From NCBI RefSeq assembly GCF_009914755.1, contig NC_060945.1: a DNA stretch of 64,000 nt; one strand, 5' to 3'. A program made the translations under genes and the position numbers. Position 1 is the first letter of the stretch. Every line of letters starts with the position of its first letter. Positions 16,001 through 30,305 of this stretch are shown here, one piece after another. The notes below the pieces were generated by a model. The model had not been told where the DNA came from. It did no database searches and saw nothing but the letters and a program-made list of their open reading frames with translations. The stretch is from the human T2T-CHM13v2.0 reference genome, Homo sapiens.

Positions 16001-19000
16001 AGTGTCTAAAACTGCTCTATCAAAAGAAAGGTTCAACTCTTTGAGTAGAATGCACACATCACAAAGAAGTTTCTCAGAATGCCTCTGTCTAGTTTTCATG
16101 TGAAAATATTCCCAATTCCTATGAAGGCCTCTAAGCTTTCCAAATATCCACTTGCGGATTCTACCAAAAGAGCATTTCAAAACTTCTCTATGAAAAGGTA
16201 TGTCAAACTCTATTAGTTGAATGCAGACATCACAAAGAAGTTTCTGAGAATGCTTCTGTCTAGTTTTTATGTGAAGATATTTCCTTCTCCACCATAGGCC
16301 TCAAAGATCTCCAAGTGTCCACGTGCAGATTCTACGAAAATAGTGTTTCAAAACTGCTCTATGGAAAGTTATTTTCAACTCTGTGAGTTGAATGCAAATA
16401 TCACAAAGATGTTTTTGAGAATGCTTCTGTCCAGTTTTTATGTGAAGATATTTCCTTTTCCACTGTAGGCCTCAAAGCTCTCTTGGCTTTGCACTTGCAG
16501 ATTCTACAAAAAGAATGTTTCAAACTGCTCCTTCAAAAGAGTGGTTCAGCTCTGTGAGTTGAATGGCCTCATCACAAAGAAGTTTCTGAGAATGCTTCTG
16601 TCTAATTTTTATGTTAAGATATTTCTGTTTCCACTGAAGGCCTCAAAGCAGTCCAAATATCCCCTTGCAGATACTACGAAAAGAGTTTTTCAAAACTGCG
16701 CTATGAAAAGGTATTTCATCTCTGTGAGTTGAATGCAAACATCACAAAGAAGTTTCTGAAAATGCTTCTGTCTTCTTTTTATGTGAAGGTATATCATTTT
16801 CCACCATAGGCATCAAAGCTTCCCAAATGTCCACTTGCAGATTCTACAAAAAGTCTGTTTCAAAACTGCTCTATCAAAACAAAAGTTCAACTCTCTGAGT
16901 TGAATGCACATATCACAAAGAAGTTTCTGAGAGTTCTTCGTTCTAGATTTTATGTGAAGGTATTCCCGTTTCCAACAAAGGCCTCAAATCAGTCCAAATA
17001 TCCACTTGTGGATTCTACGAAAAGAGTGTTTCAAAACTGCTCTATGAAAAGGTATGTTCAACTCTGTGAGTTGAATGCAAACATCACAGAGGAGATTCTG
17101 AGAATGCTTCTGTCCAGTTTTTATGTGGAGATATTTCCTTTTCCACCATAGGCCTCAAAGCTCTCCAAATGACCACTTGCAGATGCTACAAAAACAGTGT
17201 TTCAAAACTGTTCTATGAAAATAAAGGTTAACACTATGAGTTGAATGCAAACATCGCAAAGAAGTTTCTGAAAATGCATCTGTCTGGTTTTTATGTGAAG
17301 GTATATCATTTTCCACCATAGGCTTCAAAGCTACCCAAATGTCCACTTGCAGATTCTGCAAAAAGTCTGTTTCAAAACTGCTCTATCAAAAGAAAAGTTC
17401 AACTCTCTGAGTTGAATGCACACATCACAAAGAAGTTTCTGAGAATTCTTCTTTCTAGTTTTTATATGAAGATATTCCCGTGTCCAACAAAGGCCTCCAA
17501 TCAGTCCAAATATCCACTGGCAGATTCTACGAAGAGTGTTTCAAAACTGCTCTATGAAAAGGGACGTTCAACTCTGTGAGTTCAATGCAAACATCACAGC
17601 GGAGATTCTGAAAATGCTTCTGTCCTGTTTTTATGTGAAGATATTTCTTTTTCCACCATAGGCCTCAAAGCTCTCCAAATGACCACTTGCAGATGCTACA
17701 AAAACAGTGTTTCAAAACTGCCCTATCAAAATAAAGGTTAACACAGTGAGTTGAATGCAATCATCACAAAGTAGTTGCTGAGAATGCTTCTGTCTCGTTT
17801 TCATGTGAAGATATTGTCGTTTACAATGAAGGCCTCAAAGCATTCCAAATATACACTTGCAGATTCTACGAAAAGAGTGCTTCAAAACTGCTCTATGAAA
17901 AGGTGTGTTCAACTCTGTGAGTTGAATGCAAACGTCACAAAGAAGTTTCTGAGAATCTTTGTGTCTGGTTTTTATGTGAAGATATTTCCTTTTCCACCAT
18001 AGGCCTCAAAGCTCTCCAAATGTCCACTGGCAGATTCTACAAAAACGGTTTTTCAAAACTGCTCTATCAATAGAAAGCTTCAACTCTGAGAGTTGAATTC
18101 ACACATCACAAAGAAGTTTCTGAGAATGCTTCCGTCTAGTTTTTATGTGAAGATATTCCTCTTTCCAACGAAGGCCTCAAAGCAGTCCAAATATCCATTT
18201 GCAGATCCTACGAAAAGAGTGTTTCAAAACTGCTCTATGAAAAGGTATGTTCAACTCTGTGAGTTGAATGCAAACGTCACAAACAAGTTTCTGAGAATGC
18301 TTCTGTCTAGTTTTTATGTGAAGATATTTCCTTCTCCACCACAGGCCTCGAAGCTCTGAAAATTTCCACATGCAGATTCTAAAAAAACAGTGCTTCAAAA
18401 CAGCTCTATCAAAAGAAAGGTTCAGCTCTGTGAGTTGAATGCACACATCACAAAGAAGGCTCTGAGAATGCTTCTCTCTAGTTTTTATGTGAAGATATTC
18501 CCGTTTACAAAGAAGGCCTCAAAGCACTCAATATATCCACTTGCAGATTCTAAAAAAACAGTGCTTCAAACACCTCTATCAAAAGAAAGGTTCAGCTCTG
18601 TGAGTTGAATGCACACATCACAAAGAAGGCTCTGAGAATGCTTCTCTCTAGTTTTTATGTGAAGATATTCCCGTTTACAAAGAAGGCCTCAAAGCACTCA
18701 ATATATTCACTTGCAGATTCTAAAAAAACAGTGCTTCAAAACAGCTCTATCAAAAGAAAGGTTCAGCTCTGTGAGTTGAATGCACACATCACAAAGAAGG
18801 CTCTGAGAATGCTTCTCTCTAGTTTTTATGTGAAGATATTCCCGTTTACAAAGAAGGCCTCAAAGCACTCAATATATCCACTTGCAGATTCTAAAAAAAC
18901 AGTGCTTCAAACACCTCTATCAAAAGAAAGGTTCAGCTCTGTGAGTTGAATGCACACATCACAAAGAAGGCTCTGAGAATGCTTCTCTCTAGTTTTTATG

Positions 19001-19522
19001 TGAAGATATTCCCGTTTACAAAGAAGGCCTCAAAGCACTCAATATATTCACTTGCAGATTCTAAAAAAACAGTGCTTCAAAACAGCTCTATCAAAAGAAA
19101 GGTTCAGCTCTGTGAGTTGAATGCACACATCACAAAGAAGGCTCTGAGAATGCTTCTCTCTAGTTTTTATGTGAAGATATTCCCGTTTACAAAGAAGGCC
19201 TCAAACCACTCCGTATATCCACTTGCAGATTCTACAAAAAGAGTGTTTCAAAACTGCTCTGTGAAAAGGTATGTTCAACTCTGTGGGTTGAATGCAAACA
19301 ATACAAAGAAGTTTCTGAGAATGCTTCCATCTGGTTTTTATGTGAAGGTATTTCCTTTTCCACCACAGGCCTCAAAGCTTGCCAAATGTCCACTTGCAGA
19401 TTCTACAAAAAGAGTGTTTAAAAACTGCTCTATCAAAAGGAAGATTCAACTCTTTGTGTTGAATGTGCAGATCACAAAGAAGTTTCTGAGAATGCTTCTG
19501 TCTAGTTTTTATGTGGAGATAT

Positions 19523-19711
19523 TCCCGTTTCCAACGAAGGCCTCTAAGCAGTACAAATATCCACTCTGCAGATTTTGCGAAAAGAGTGTTTCCAAACTGC
19601 TCTATCAACAGAAAGGTTCAACTCTGTGAGTTGAATGCACACATCACAAAGAAATTTCCCAGAATTCTTCTGTCCAGTTCTTATGTGAAGATATTCCCGT
19701 TTCCAACGAAG
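19523..19711 (-). promoter_or_regulatory. Pair of canonical CENP-B boxes in adjacent monomers (19523-19539, 19695-19711), HOR unit 1
   Basis: tcccgtttccaacgaag occurs twice, 172 bp apart. Confidence 0.88.
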
Positions 19712-22700
19712 GCCTCAAAGCAGTCCAAATATCCACTTGCAGATTCTACGAAACGAGTGTTTCAAAACTGCTCTATGACAAGGTATGTTCAAATCTGTGA
19801 GTTGAATGCACACATCACAAGGAAGTTTCTGAGAATACATCTGTCTAGTGTTTATGTAAAGATATTCCTGTTTCCAAAGAAAACCTAAAAGCAGTCCAAA
19901 TATCCACTTGCAGATTCTACGAAAAGAGTGTTTCAACACTCCTCTATGAAAAGGTATTTTCAACTTTGTGAGTTGAATGCAAACAGCACAAAGAAGTTTC
20001 TCAGAATGCTTCTGTCTGGCTTTTATGTGAAGATATTTTCTTTCTCACCAGAGGCCTCAAAGCTCTCCAAATGTCCACTTGCAGATTCTTCAAAAAGAGT
20101 GTTTCAAGACTGCTCTATGAAAAGAAAGGTTCAAGTCTGTGAGTTGAATGCCCACATCACAAAGAAGTTTCTGAGAATGCTTTTGTCTAGTTTTTATTTG
20201 AAGATATTCACATTTCCAACGAAGGCCTGAAAGCGTTCCAATTATCCATTTGCATATTCCACCAAAAGAGTTTTCCAAAACTGCTCTATGAAAAGGTATG
20301 TCCATCTCTGTGAGTTGAATGCAAACATAACAAAGTAGGTACTGAGAATGTTTCTGTCTAGTTTTCATGGGAAGGTATTTCCATTTCCACCATATGCTTC
20401 AAAAGTCTCCAAATGTCCACTTGCAGATTCTATAAAAACAGTGTTTCAAAACTGCTCTATCAAAAGAAAGGTTCAACTCTCTGAGTTGAATGCCCCCATC
20501 ACAAAGGTGTTTCTGAGAATGCTTCTGTCTAGTTTTTATGTGAAGATATTTCCGTTTCCAACGAGGTCCTTAAAGCAGTCCAAATATCCTCTTGCAGATT
20601 CTACAAAAAGAGTGTTTCAAAACTGCTCTACGAAAAGTTATTTTCAACTCTGTGAGTTGAATGTAAATATCACAAAGATGTTTTTGAGAATGCTTCTGTC
20701 CAGTTTTTATGTGAAGATATTTCCTTTTCCACTGTAGGCCTCAAAGCTCTCTTGGCTTTGCACTTGCAGATTCTACAAAAAGAATGTTTCAAACTGCTCC
20801 TTCAAAAGAGTGGTTCAGCTCTGTGAGTTGAATGGCCTCATCACAAAGAAGTTTCTGAGAATGCTTCTGTCTAATTTTTATGTTAAGATATTTCTGTTTC
20901 CACTGAAGGCCTCAAAGCAGTCCAAATATCCCCTTGCAGATACTACGAAAAGAGTTTTTCAAAACTGCGCTATGAAAAGGTATTTCATCTCTGTGAGTTG
21001 AATGCAAACATCACAAAGAAGTTTCTGAAAATGCTTCTGTCTTCTTTTTATGTGAAGGTATATCATTTTCCACCATAGGCCTCAAAGCTTCCCAAATGTC
21101 CACTTGCAGATTCTACAAAAGTCTGTTTCAAAACTGCTCTATCAAAAGAAAAGTTCAACTCTCTGAGTTGAATGCACATATCACAAAGAAGTTTCTGAGA
21201 ATTCTTCTTTCTAGATTTTATGTGAAGGTATTCCCGTTTCCAACAAAGGCCTCAAATCAGTCCAAATATCCACTTGTGGATTCTACGAAAAGAGTGTTTC
21301 AAAACTGCTCTATGAAAAGGTATGTTCAACTCTGTGAGTTGAATGCAAACATCACAGAGGAGATTCTGAGAATGCTTCTGTCCAGTTTTTATGTGGAGAT
21401 ATTTCCTTTTCCACCATAGGCCTCAAAGCTCTCCAAATGACCACTTGCAGATGCTACAAAAACAGTGTTTCAAAACTGTTCTATGAAAATAAAGGTTAAC
21501 ACTGTGAGTTGAATGCAAACATCGCAAAGAAGTTTCTGAAAATGCTTCTGTCTGGTTTTTATGTGAAGGTATATCATTTTCCACCATAGGCCTCAAAGCT
21601 TCCCAAATGTCCACTTGCAGATTCTGCAAAAAGTCTGTTTCAAAACTGCTCTATCAAAAGAAAAGTTCAACTCTCTGAGTTGAATGCACACATCACAAAG
21701 AAGTTTCTGAGAATTCTTCTTTCTAGTTTTTATATGAAGATATTCCCGTGTCCAACAAAGGCCTCCAATCAGTCCAAATATCCACTGGCAGATTCTACGA
21801 AGAGTGTTTCAAAACTGCTCTATGAAAAGGGACGTTCAACTCTGTGAGTTCAATGCAAACATCACAGCGGAGATTCTGAAAATGCTTCTGTCCTGTTTTT
21901 ATGTGAAGATATTTCCTTTTCCACCATAGGCCTCAAAGCTCTCCAAAGGACCACTTGCAGATGCTACAAAAACAGTGTTTCCAAACTGCCCTATCAAAAT
22001 AAAGGTTAACACAGTGAGTTGAATGCAATCATCACAAAGTAGTTGCTGAGAATGCTTCTGTCTCGTTTTCATGTGAAGATATTGTCGTTTACAATGAAGG
22101 CCTCAAAGCATTCCAAATATACACTTGCAGATTCTACGAAAAGAGTGCTTCAAAACTGCTCTATGAAAAGGTGTGTTCAACTCTGTGAGTTGAATGCAAA
22201 CGTCACAAAGAAGTTTCTGAGAATCTTTGTGTCTGGTTTTTATGTGAAGATATTTCCTTTTCCACCGTAGGCCTCAAAGCTCTCCAAATGTCCACTGGCA
22301 GATTCTACAAAAACGGTTTTTCAAAACTGCTCTATCAATAGAAAGCTTCAACTCTGAGAGTTGAATTCACACATCACAAAGAAGTTTCTGAGAATGCTTC
22401 CGTCTAGTTTTTATGTGAAGATATTCCTCTTTCCAACGAAGGCCTCAAAGCAGTCCAAATATCCATTTGCAGATCCTACGAAAAGAGTGTTTCAAAATTG
22501 CTCTATGAAAAGGTATGTTCAACTCTGTGAGTTGAATGCAAACGTCACAAACAAGTTTCTGAGAATGCTTCTGTCTAGTTTTTATGTGAAGATATTTCCT
22601 TCTCCACCACAGGCCTCGAAGCTCTGAAAATTTCCACATGCAGATTCTAAAAAAACAGTGCTTCAAAACAGCTCTATCAAAAGAAAGGTTCAGCTCTGTG

Positions 22701-23279
22701 AGTTGAATGCACACATCACAAAGAAGGCTCTGAGAATGCTTCTCTCTAGTTTTTATGTGAAGATATTCCCGTTTACAAAGAAGGCCTCAAAGCACTCCAT
22801 ATATCCACTTGCAGATTCTACAAAAAGAGTGTTTCAAAACTGCTCTGTGAAAAGGTATGTTCAACTCTGTGGGTTGAATGCAAACAATACAAAGAAGTTT
22901 CTGAGAATGCTTCCATCTGGTTTTTATGTGAAGGTATTTCCTTTTCCACCACAGGCCTCAAAGCTTGCCAAATGTCCACTTGCAGATTCTACAAAAAGAG
23001 TGTTTAAAAACTGCTCTGTGAAAAGGTATGTTCAACTCTGTGGGTTGAATGCAAACAATACAAAGAAGTTTCTGAGAATGCTTCCATCTGGTTTTTATGT
23101 GAAGGTATTTCCTTTTCCACCACAGGCCTCAAAGCTTTCCAAATGTCCACTTGCAGATTCTACAAAAAGAGTGTTTAAATACTGCTCTATCAAAAGGAAG
23201 ATTCTACTCTTTGTGTTGAATGTGCAGATCACAAAGAAGTTTCTGAGAATGCTTCTGTCTAGTTTTTATGTGAAGATAT

Positions 23280-23468
23280 TCCCGTTTCCAACGAAGGCCT
23301 CTAAGCAGTACAAATATCCACTCTGCAGATTTTGCGAAAAGAGTGTTTCCAAACTCCTCTATCAACAGAAAGGTTCAACTCTGTGTGTTGAATGCACACA
23401 TCACAAAGAAATTTCCCAGAATTCTTCTGTCTAGTTCTTATGTGAAGATATTCCCGTTTCCGACGAAG
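23280..23468 (-). promoter_or_regulatory. Pair of CENP-B boxes (23280-23296 canonical, 23452-23468 core-matching), HOR unit 2
   Basis: tcccgtttccaacgaag and tcccgtttccgacgaag. Confidence 0.85.
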
Positions 23469-26400
23469 GCCTCAAAGCAGTCCAAATATCCACTTGCAGA
23501 TTCTACGAAACGAGTGTTTCAAAACTGCTCTATGACAAGGTATGTTCAAATCTGTGAGTTGAATGCACACATCACAAAGAACTTTCTGAGAATGCATCTG
23601 TCTAGTTTTTATGTAAAGATATTCCTGTTTCCAAAGAAAACCTAAAAGCAGTCCAAATATCCACTTGCAGATTCTACGAAAAGAGTGTTTCAAAACTCCT
23701 CTATGAAAAGGTATTTTCAACTTTGTGAGTTGAATGCAAACAGCACAAAGAAGTTTCTCAGAATGCTTCTGTCTGACTTTTATGTGAAGATATTTTCTTT
23801 CTCACCATAGGCCTCAAAGCTCTCCAAATGTCCACTTGCCGATTCTTCAAAAAGAGTGTTTCAAGACTGGTCTATGAAAAGAAAGGTTCAAGTCTGTGAG
23901 TTGAATGCCCACATCACAAAGAAGTTGCTGAGAATGCTTTTGTCTAGTTTTTATTTGAAAATATTCACATTTCCAAAGAAGGCCTGAGAGCGTTCCAATT
24001 ATCCATTTGCATATTCTACCAAAAGAGTTTTCCAAAACTGCTCTATGAAAAGGTATGTCCATCTCTGTGAGTTGAATGCAAACATAACAAAGTAGGTACT
24101 GAGAATGTTTCTGTCTAGTTTTCATGGGAAGGTATTTCCATTTCCACCATATGCTTCAAAAGTCTCCAAATGTCCACTTGCAGATCCTATAAAAACAGTG
24201 TTTCAAAACTGCTCTATCAAAAGAAAGGTTCAACTCTCTGAGTTGAATGCCCCCATCACAAAGGTGTTTCTGAGAATGCTTCTGTCTAGTTTTTATGTGA
24301 AGATATTCCCGTTTCCAACGAGGTCCTTAAAGCAGTCCAAATATCCTCTTGCAGATTCTACAAAAAGAGTGTTTCAAAACTGCTCTATGAAAAGTTATTT
24401 TCAACTCTGTGAGTTGAATGCAAATATCACAAAGATGTTTTTGAGAATGCTTCTGTCCAGTTTTTATGTGAAGATATTTCCTTTTCCACTGTAGGCCTCA
24501 AAGCTCTCTTGGCTTTGCACTTGCAGATTCTACAAAAAGAATGTTTCAAACTGCTCCTTCAAAAGAGTGGTTCAGCTCTGTGAGTTGAATGGCCTCATCA
24601 CAAAGAAGTTTCTGAGGATGCTTCTGTCTAATTTTTATGTTAAGATATTTCTGTTTCCACTGAAGGCCTCAAAGCAGTCCAAATATCCCCTTGCAGATAC
24701 TACGAAAAGAGTTTTTCAAAACTGCGCTATGAAAAGGTATTTCATCTCTGTGAGTTGAATGCAAACATCACAAAGAAGTTTCTGAAAATGCTTCTGTCTT
24801 CTTTTTATGTGAAGGTATATCATTTTCCACCATAGGCCTCAAAGCTTCCCAAATGTCCACTTGCAGATTCTACAAAAAGTCTGTTTCAAAACTGCTCTAT
24901 CAAAAGAAAAGTTCAACTCTCTGAGTTGAATGCACATATCACAAAGAAGTTTCTGAGAATTCTTCTTTCTAGATTTTATGTGAAGGTATTCCCGTTTCCA
25001 ACAAAGGCCTCAAATCAGTCCAAATAACCACTTGTGGATTCTACGAAAAGAGTGTTTCAAAACTGCTCTATGAAAAGGTATGTTCAACTCTGTGAGTTGA
25101 ATGCAAACATCACAGAGGAGATTCTGAGAATGCTTCTGTCCAGTTTTTATGTGGAGATATTTCCTTTTCCACCATAGGCCTCAAAGCTCTCCAAATGACC
25201 ACTTGCAGATGCTACAAAAACAGTGTTTCAAAACTGTTCTATGAAAATAAAGGTTAACACTGTGAGTTGAATGCAAACATCGCAAAGAAGTTTCTGAAAA
25301 TGCTTCTGTCTGGTTTATATGTGAAGGTATATCATTTTCCACCATAGGCCTCAAAGCTCTCCAAAAGAACACTTGCAGATGCTACCAAAACAGTGTTTAC
25401 AAACTGCCCTATCAAAATAAAGGTTAACACAGTGAGTTGAATGCAATCATCACAAAGTAGTTGCTGAGAATGCTTCTGTCTCGTTTTTATGTGAAGATAT
25501 TCTCGTTTACAATGAAGGCCTCAAAGCATTCCAAATATACACTTGCAGATTCTACGAAAAGACTGCTTCAAAACTGCTCTATGAAAAGGTGTGTTCAACT
25601 CTGTGAGTTGAGTGCAAGCGTCACAAAGAAGTTTCTGAGAATCTTTGTGTCTGGTTTTTATGTGAAGATATTTCCTTTTCCACCGTAGGCCTCCAAGCTC
25701 TCCAAATGTCCACTGGCAGATTCTACAAAAAACGGTTTTTCAAAACTGCTCTATCAATAGAAAGCTTCAACTCTGTGAGTTGAATTCACACATCACAAAG
25801 AAGTTTCTGAGAATGCTTCCGTCTAGTTTTTATGTGAAGATATTCCTCTTTCCAACGAAGGCCTCAAAGCAGTCCAAATATCCATTTGCAGATCCTACGA
25901 AAAGAGTGTTTCAAAACTGCTCTATGAAAAGGTATGTTCAACTCTGTGAGTTGAATGCAAACGTCACAAACAAGTTTCTGAGAATGCTTCTGTCTAGTTT
26001 TTATGTGAAGATATTTCCTTCTCCACCACAGGCCTCGAAGCTCTGAAAATTTCCACATGCAGATTCTAAAAAAACAGTGCTTCAAAACAGCTCTATCAAA
26101 AGAAAGGTTCAGCTCTGTGAGTTGAATGCACACATCACAAAGAAGGCTCTGAGAATGCTTCTCTCTAGTTTTTATGTGAAGATATTCCCGTTTACAAAGA
26201 AGGCCTCAAAGCACTCAATATATCCACTTGCAGATTCTAAAAAAACAGTGCTTCAAAACAGCTCTATCAAAAGAAAGGTTCAGCTCTGTGAGTTGAATGC
26301 ACACATCACAAAGAAGGCTCTGAGAATGCTTCTCTCTAGTTTTTATGTGAAGATATTCCCGTTTACAAAGAAGGCCTCAAAGCACTCCATATATCCACTT

Positions 26401-26698
26401 GCAGATTCTACAAAAAGAGTGTTTCAAAACTGCTCTGTGAAAAGGTATGTTCAACTCTGTGGGTTGAATGCAAACAATACAAAGAAGTTTCTGAGAATGC
26501 TTCCATCTGGTTTTTATGTGAAGGTATTTCCTTTTCCACCACAGGCCTCAAAGCTTTCCAAATGTCCACTTGCAGATTCTACAAAAAGAGTGTTTAAAAA
26601 CTGCTCTATCAAAAGGAAGATTCAACTCTTTGTGTTGAATGTGCAGATCACAAAGAAGTTTCTGAGAATGCTTCTGTCTAGTTTTTATGTGGAGATAT

Positions 26699-26715
26699 TC
26701 CCGTTTCCAACGAAG
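26699..26715 (-). promoter_or_regulatory. CENP-B box (canonical), HOR unit 3
   Basis: tcccgtttccaacgaag. The partner at 26871 reads tcccgtttccgatgaag and has lost the core CG. Confidence 0.85.
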
Positions 26716-29700
26716 GCCTCTAAGCAGTACAAATATCCGCTTTGCAGATTTTGCGAAAAGAGTGTTTCCAAACTGCTCTATCAACAGAAAGGTTCAACTC
26801 TGTGAGTTGAATGCACACATCACAAAGAAATTTCCCAGAATTCTTCTGTCTAGTTCTTATGTGAAGATATTCCCGTTTCCGATGAAGGCCTCAAAGCAGT
26901 CCAAATATCCACTTGCAGATTCTACGAAACGAGTGTTTCAAAACTGCTCTATGACAAGGTATGTTCAAATCTGTGAGTTGAATGCACACATCACAAAGAA
27001 CTTTCTGAGAATGCATCTGTCTAGTTTTTATGTAAAGATATTCCTGTTTCCAAAGAAAACCTAAAAGCAGTCCAAATATCCACTTGCAGATTCTACGAAA
27101 AGAGTGTTTCAAAACTCCTCTATGAAAAGGTATTTTCAACTTTGTGAGTTGAATGCAAACAGCACAAAGAAGTTTCTCAGAATGCTTCTGTCTGGTTTTT
27201 ATGTGAAGATATTTTCTTTCTCACCATAGGCCTCAAAGCTCTCCAAATGTCCACTTGCAGATTCTTCAAAAAGAGTGTTTCAAGACTGGTCTATGAAAAG
27301 AAAGGTTCAAGTCTGTGAGTTGAATGCCCACATCACAAAGAAGTTTCTGAGAATGCTTTTGTCTAGTTTTTATTTGAAGATATTCACATTTCCAACGAAG
27401 GCCTGAAAGCGTTCCAATTATCCATTTGCATATTCTACCAAAAGAGTTTTCCAAAACTGCTCTATGAAAAGGTATGTCCGTCTCTGTGAGTTGAATGCAA
27501 ACATAACAAAGTAGGTACTGAGAATGTTTCTGTCTAGTTTTCATGGGAAGGTATTTCCATTTCCACCATATGCTTCAAAAGTCTCCAAATGTCCACTTGC
27601 AGATTCTATAAAAACAGTGTTTCAAAACTGCTCTATCAAAAGAAAGGTTCAACTCTCTGAGTTGAATGCCCACATCACAAAGGTGTTTCTGAGAATGCTT
27701 CTGTCTAGTTTTTATGTGAAGATATTCCCGTTTCCAACGAGGTCCTTAAAGCAGTCCAAATATCCTCTTGCAGATTCTACAAAAAGAGTGTTTCAAAACT
27801 GCTCTATGAAAAGTTATTTTCAACTCTGTGAGTTGAATGCAAATATCACAAAGATGTTTTTGAGAATGCTTCTGTCCAGTTTTTATGTGAAGATATTTCC
27901 TTTTCCACTGTAGGCCTCAAAGCTCTCTTGGCTTTGCACTTGCAGATTCTACAAAAAGAATGTTTCAAACTGCTCCTTCAAAAGAGTGGTTCACCTCTGT
28001 GAGTTGAATGGCCTCATCACAAAGAAGTTTCTGAGAATGCTTCTGTCTAATTTTTATGTTAAGATATTTCTGTTTCCACTGAAGGCCTCAAAGCAGTCCA
28101 AATATCCCCTTGCAGATACTACGGAAAGAGTTTTTCAAAACTGCGCTATGAAAAGGTATTTCATCTCTGTGAGTTGAATGCAAACATCACAAAGAAGTTT
28201 CTGAAAATGCTTCTGTCTTCTTTTTATGTGAAGGTATATCATTTTCCACCATAGGCCTCAAAGCTTCCCAAATGTCCACTTGCAGATTCTACAAAAAGTC
28301 TGTTTCAAAACTGCTCTATCAAAAGAAAAGTTCAACTCTCTGAGTTGAATGCACATATCACAAAGAAGTTTCTGAGAATTCTTCTTTCTAGATTTTATGT
28401 GAAGGTATTCCCGTTTCCAACAAAGGCCTCAAATCAGTCCAAATAACCACTTGTGGATTCTACGAAAAGAGTGTTTCAAAACTGCTCTATGAAAAGGTAT
28501 GTTCAACTCTGTGAGTTGAATGCAAACATCACAGAGGAGATTCTGAGAATGCTTCTGTCCAGTTTTTATGTGGAGATATTTCCTTTTCCACCATAGGCCT
28601 CAAAGCTCTCCAAATGACCACTTGCAGATGCTACAAAAACAGTGTTTCAAAACTGTTCTATGAAAATAAAGGTTAACACTGTGAGTTGAATGCAAACATC
28701 GCAAAGAAGTTTCTGAAAATGCTTCTGTCTGGTTTATATGTGAAGGTATATCATTTTCCACCATAGGCCTCAAAGCTCTCCAAATGAACACTTGCAGATG
28801 CTACCAAAACAGTGTTTCAAAACTGCCCTATCAAAATAAAGGTTAACACAGTGAGTTGAATGCAATCATCACAAAGTAGTTGCTGAGAATGCTTCTGTCT
28901 CGTTTTTATGTGAAGATATTCTCGTTTACAATGAAGGCCTCAAAGCATTCCAAATATACACTTGCAGATTCTACGAAAAGAGTGCTTCAAAACTGCTCTA
29001 TGAAAAGGTGTGTTCAACTCTGTGAGTTGAGTGCAAGCGTCACAAAGAAGTTTCTGAGAATCTTTGTGTCTGGTTTTTATGTGAAGATATTTCCTTTTCC
29101 ACCGTAGGCCTCCAAGCTCTCCAAATGTCCACTGGCAGATTCTACAAAAACGGTTTTTCAAAACTGCTCTATCAATAGAAAGCTTCAACTCTGTGAATTG
29201 AATTCACACATCACAAAGAAGTTTCTGAGAATGCTTCCGTCTAGTTTTTATGTGAAGATATTCCTCTTTCCAACGAAGGCCTCAAAGCAGTCCAAATATC
29301 CATTTGCAGATCCTACGAAAAGAGTGTTTCAAAATTGCTCTATGAAAAGGTATGTTCAACTCTGTGAGTTGAATGCAAACGTCACAAACAAGTTTCTGAG
29401 AATGCTTCTGTCTAGTTTTTATGTGAAGATATTTCCTTCTCCACCACAGGCCTCGAAGCTCTGAAAATTTCCACATGCAGATTCTAAAAAAACAGTGCTT
29501 CAAAACAGCTCTATCAAAAGAAAGGTTCAGCTCTGTGAGTTGAATGCACACATCACAAAGAAGGCTCTGAGAATGCTTCTCTCTAGTTTTTATGTGAAGA
29601 TATTCCCGTTTACAAAGAAGGCCTCAAAGCACTCAATATATCCACTTGCAGATTCTAAAAAAACAGTGCTTCAAAACAGCTCTATCAAAAGAAAGGTTCA

Positions 29701-30116
29701 GCTCTGTGAGTTGAATGCACACATCACAAAGAAGGCTCTGAGAATGCTTCTCTCTAGTTTTTATGTGAAGATATTCCCGTTTACAAAGAAGGCCTCAAAG
29801 CACTCAATATATCCACTTGCAGATTCCACAAAAAGAGTGTTTCAAAACTGCTCTGTGAAAAGGTATGTTCAACTCTGTGGGTTGAATGCAAACAATACAA
29901 AGAAGTTTCTGAGAATGCTTCCATCTGGTTTTTATGTGAAGGTATTTCCTTTTCCACCACAGGCCTCAAAGCTTTCCAAATGTCCACTTGCAGATTCTAC
30001 AAAAAGAGTGTTTAAAAACTGCTCTACCAAAAGGAAGATTCAACTCTTTGTTTTGAATGTGCAGATCACAAAGAAGTTTCTGAGAATGCTTCTGTCTAGT
30101 TTTTATGTGAAGATAT

Positions 30117-30305
30117 TCCCGTTTCCAACGAAGGCCTCTAAGCAGTACAAATATCCACTTTGCAGATTTTGCGAAAAGAGTGTTTCCAAACTGCTCTATC
30201 AAAAGAAACGTTCAACTCTGTGAGTTGAATGCACACATCACATAGAAATTTCCCAGAATTCTTCTGTCTAGTTCTTATGTGAAGATATTCCCGTTTCCGA
30301 CGAAG
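30117..30305 (-). promoter_or_regulatory. Pair of CENP-B boxes (30117-30133 canonical, 30289-30305 core-matching), HOR unit 4
   Basis: tcccgtttccaacgaag and tcccgtttccgacgaag. Confidence 0.85.

Larger units (their letters stand above)
11324..16349 (-). repeat. Alpha satellite, reverse orientation, diverged monomers with irregular A/B alternation (SF5 R1/R2-like)
   Basis: CACAAAGAAGTTTCTGAGAATG recurs every ~171 bp. The box position alternates irregularly between TTTCCTTTTCCACCATAG (A) and TTCCCGTTTCCAA(C/T)GAAG (B). The SF5 label is an inference from this pattern. Confidence 0.92.
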
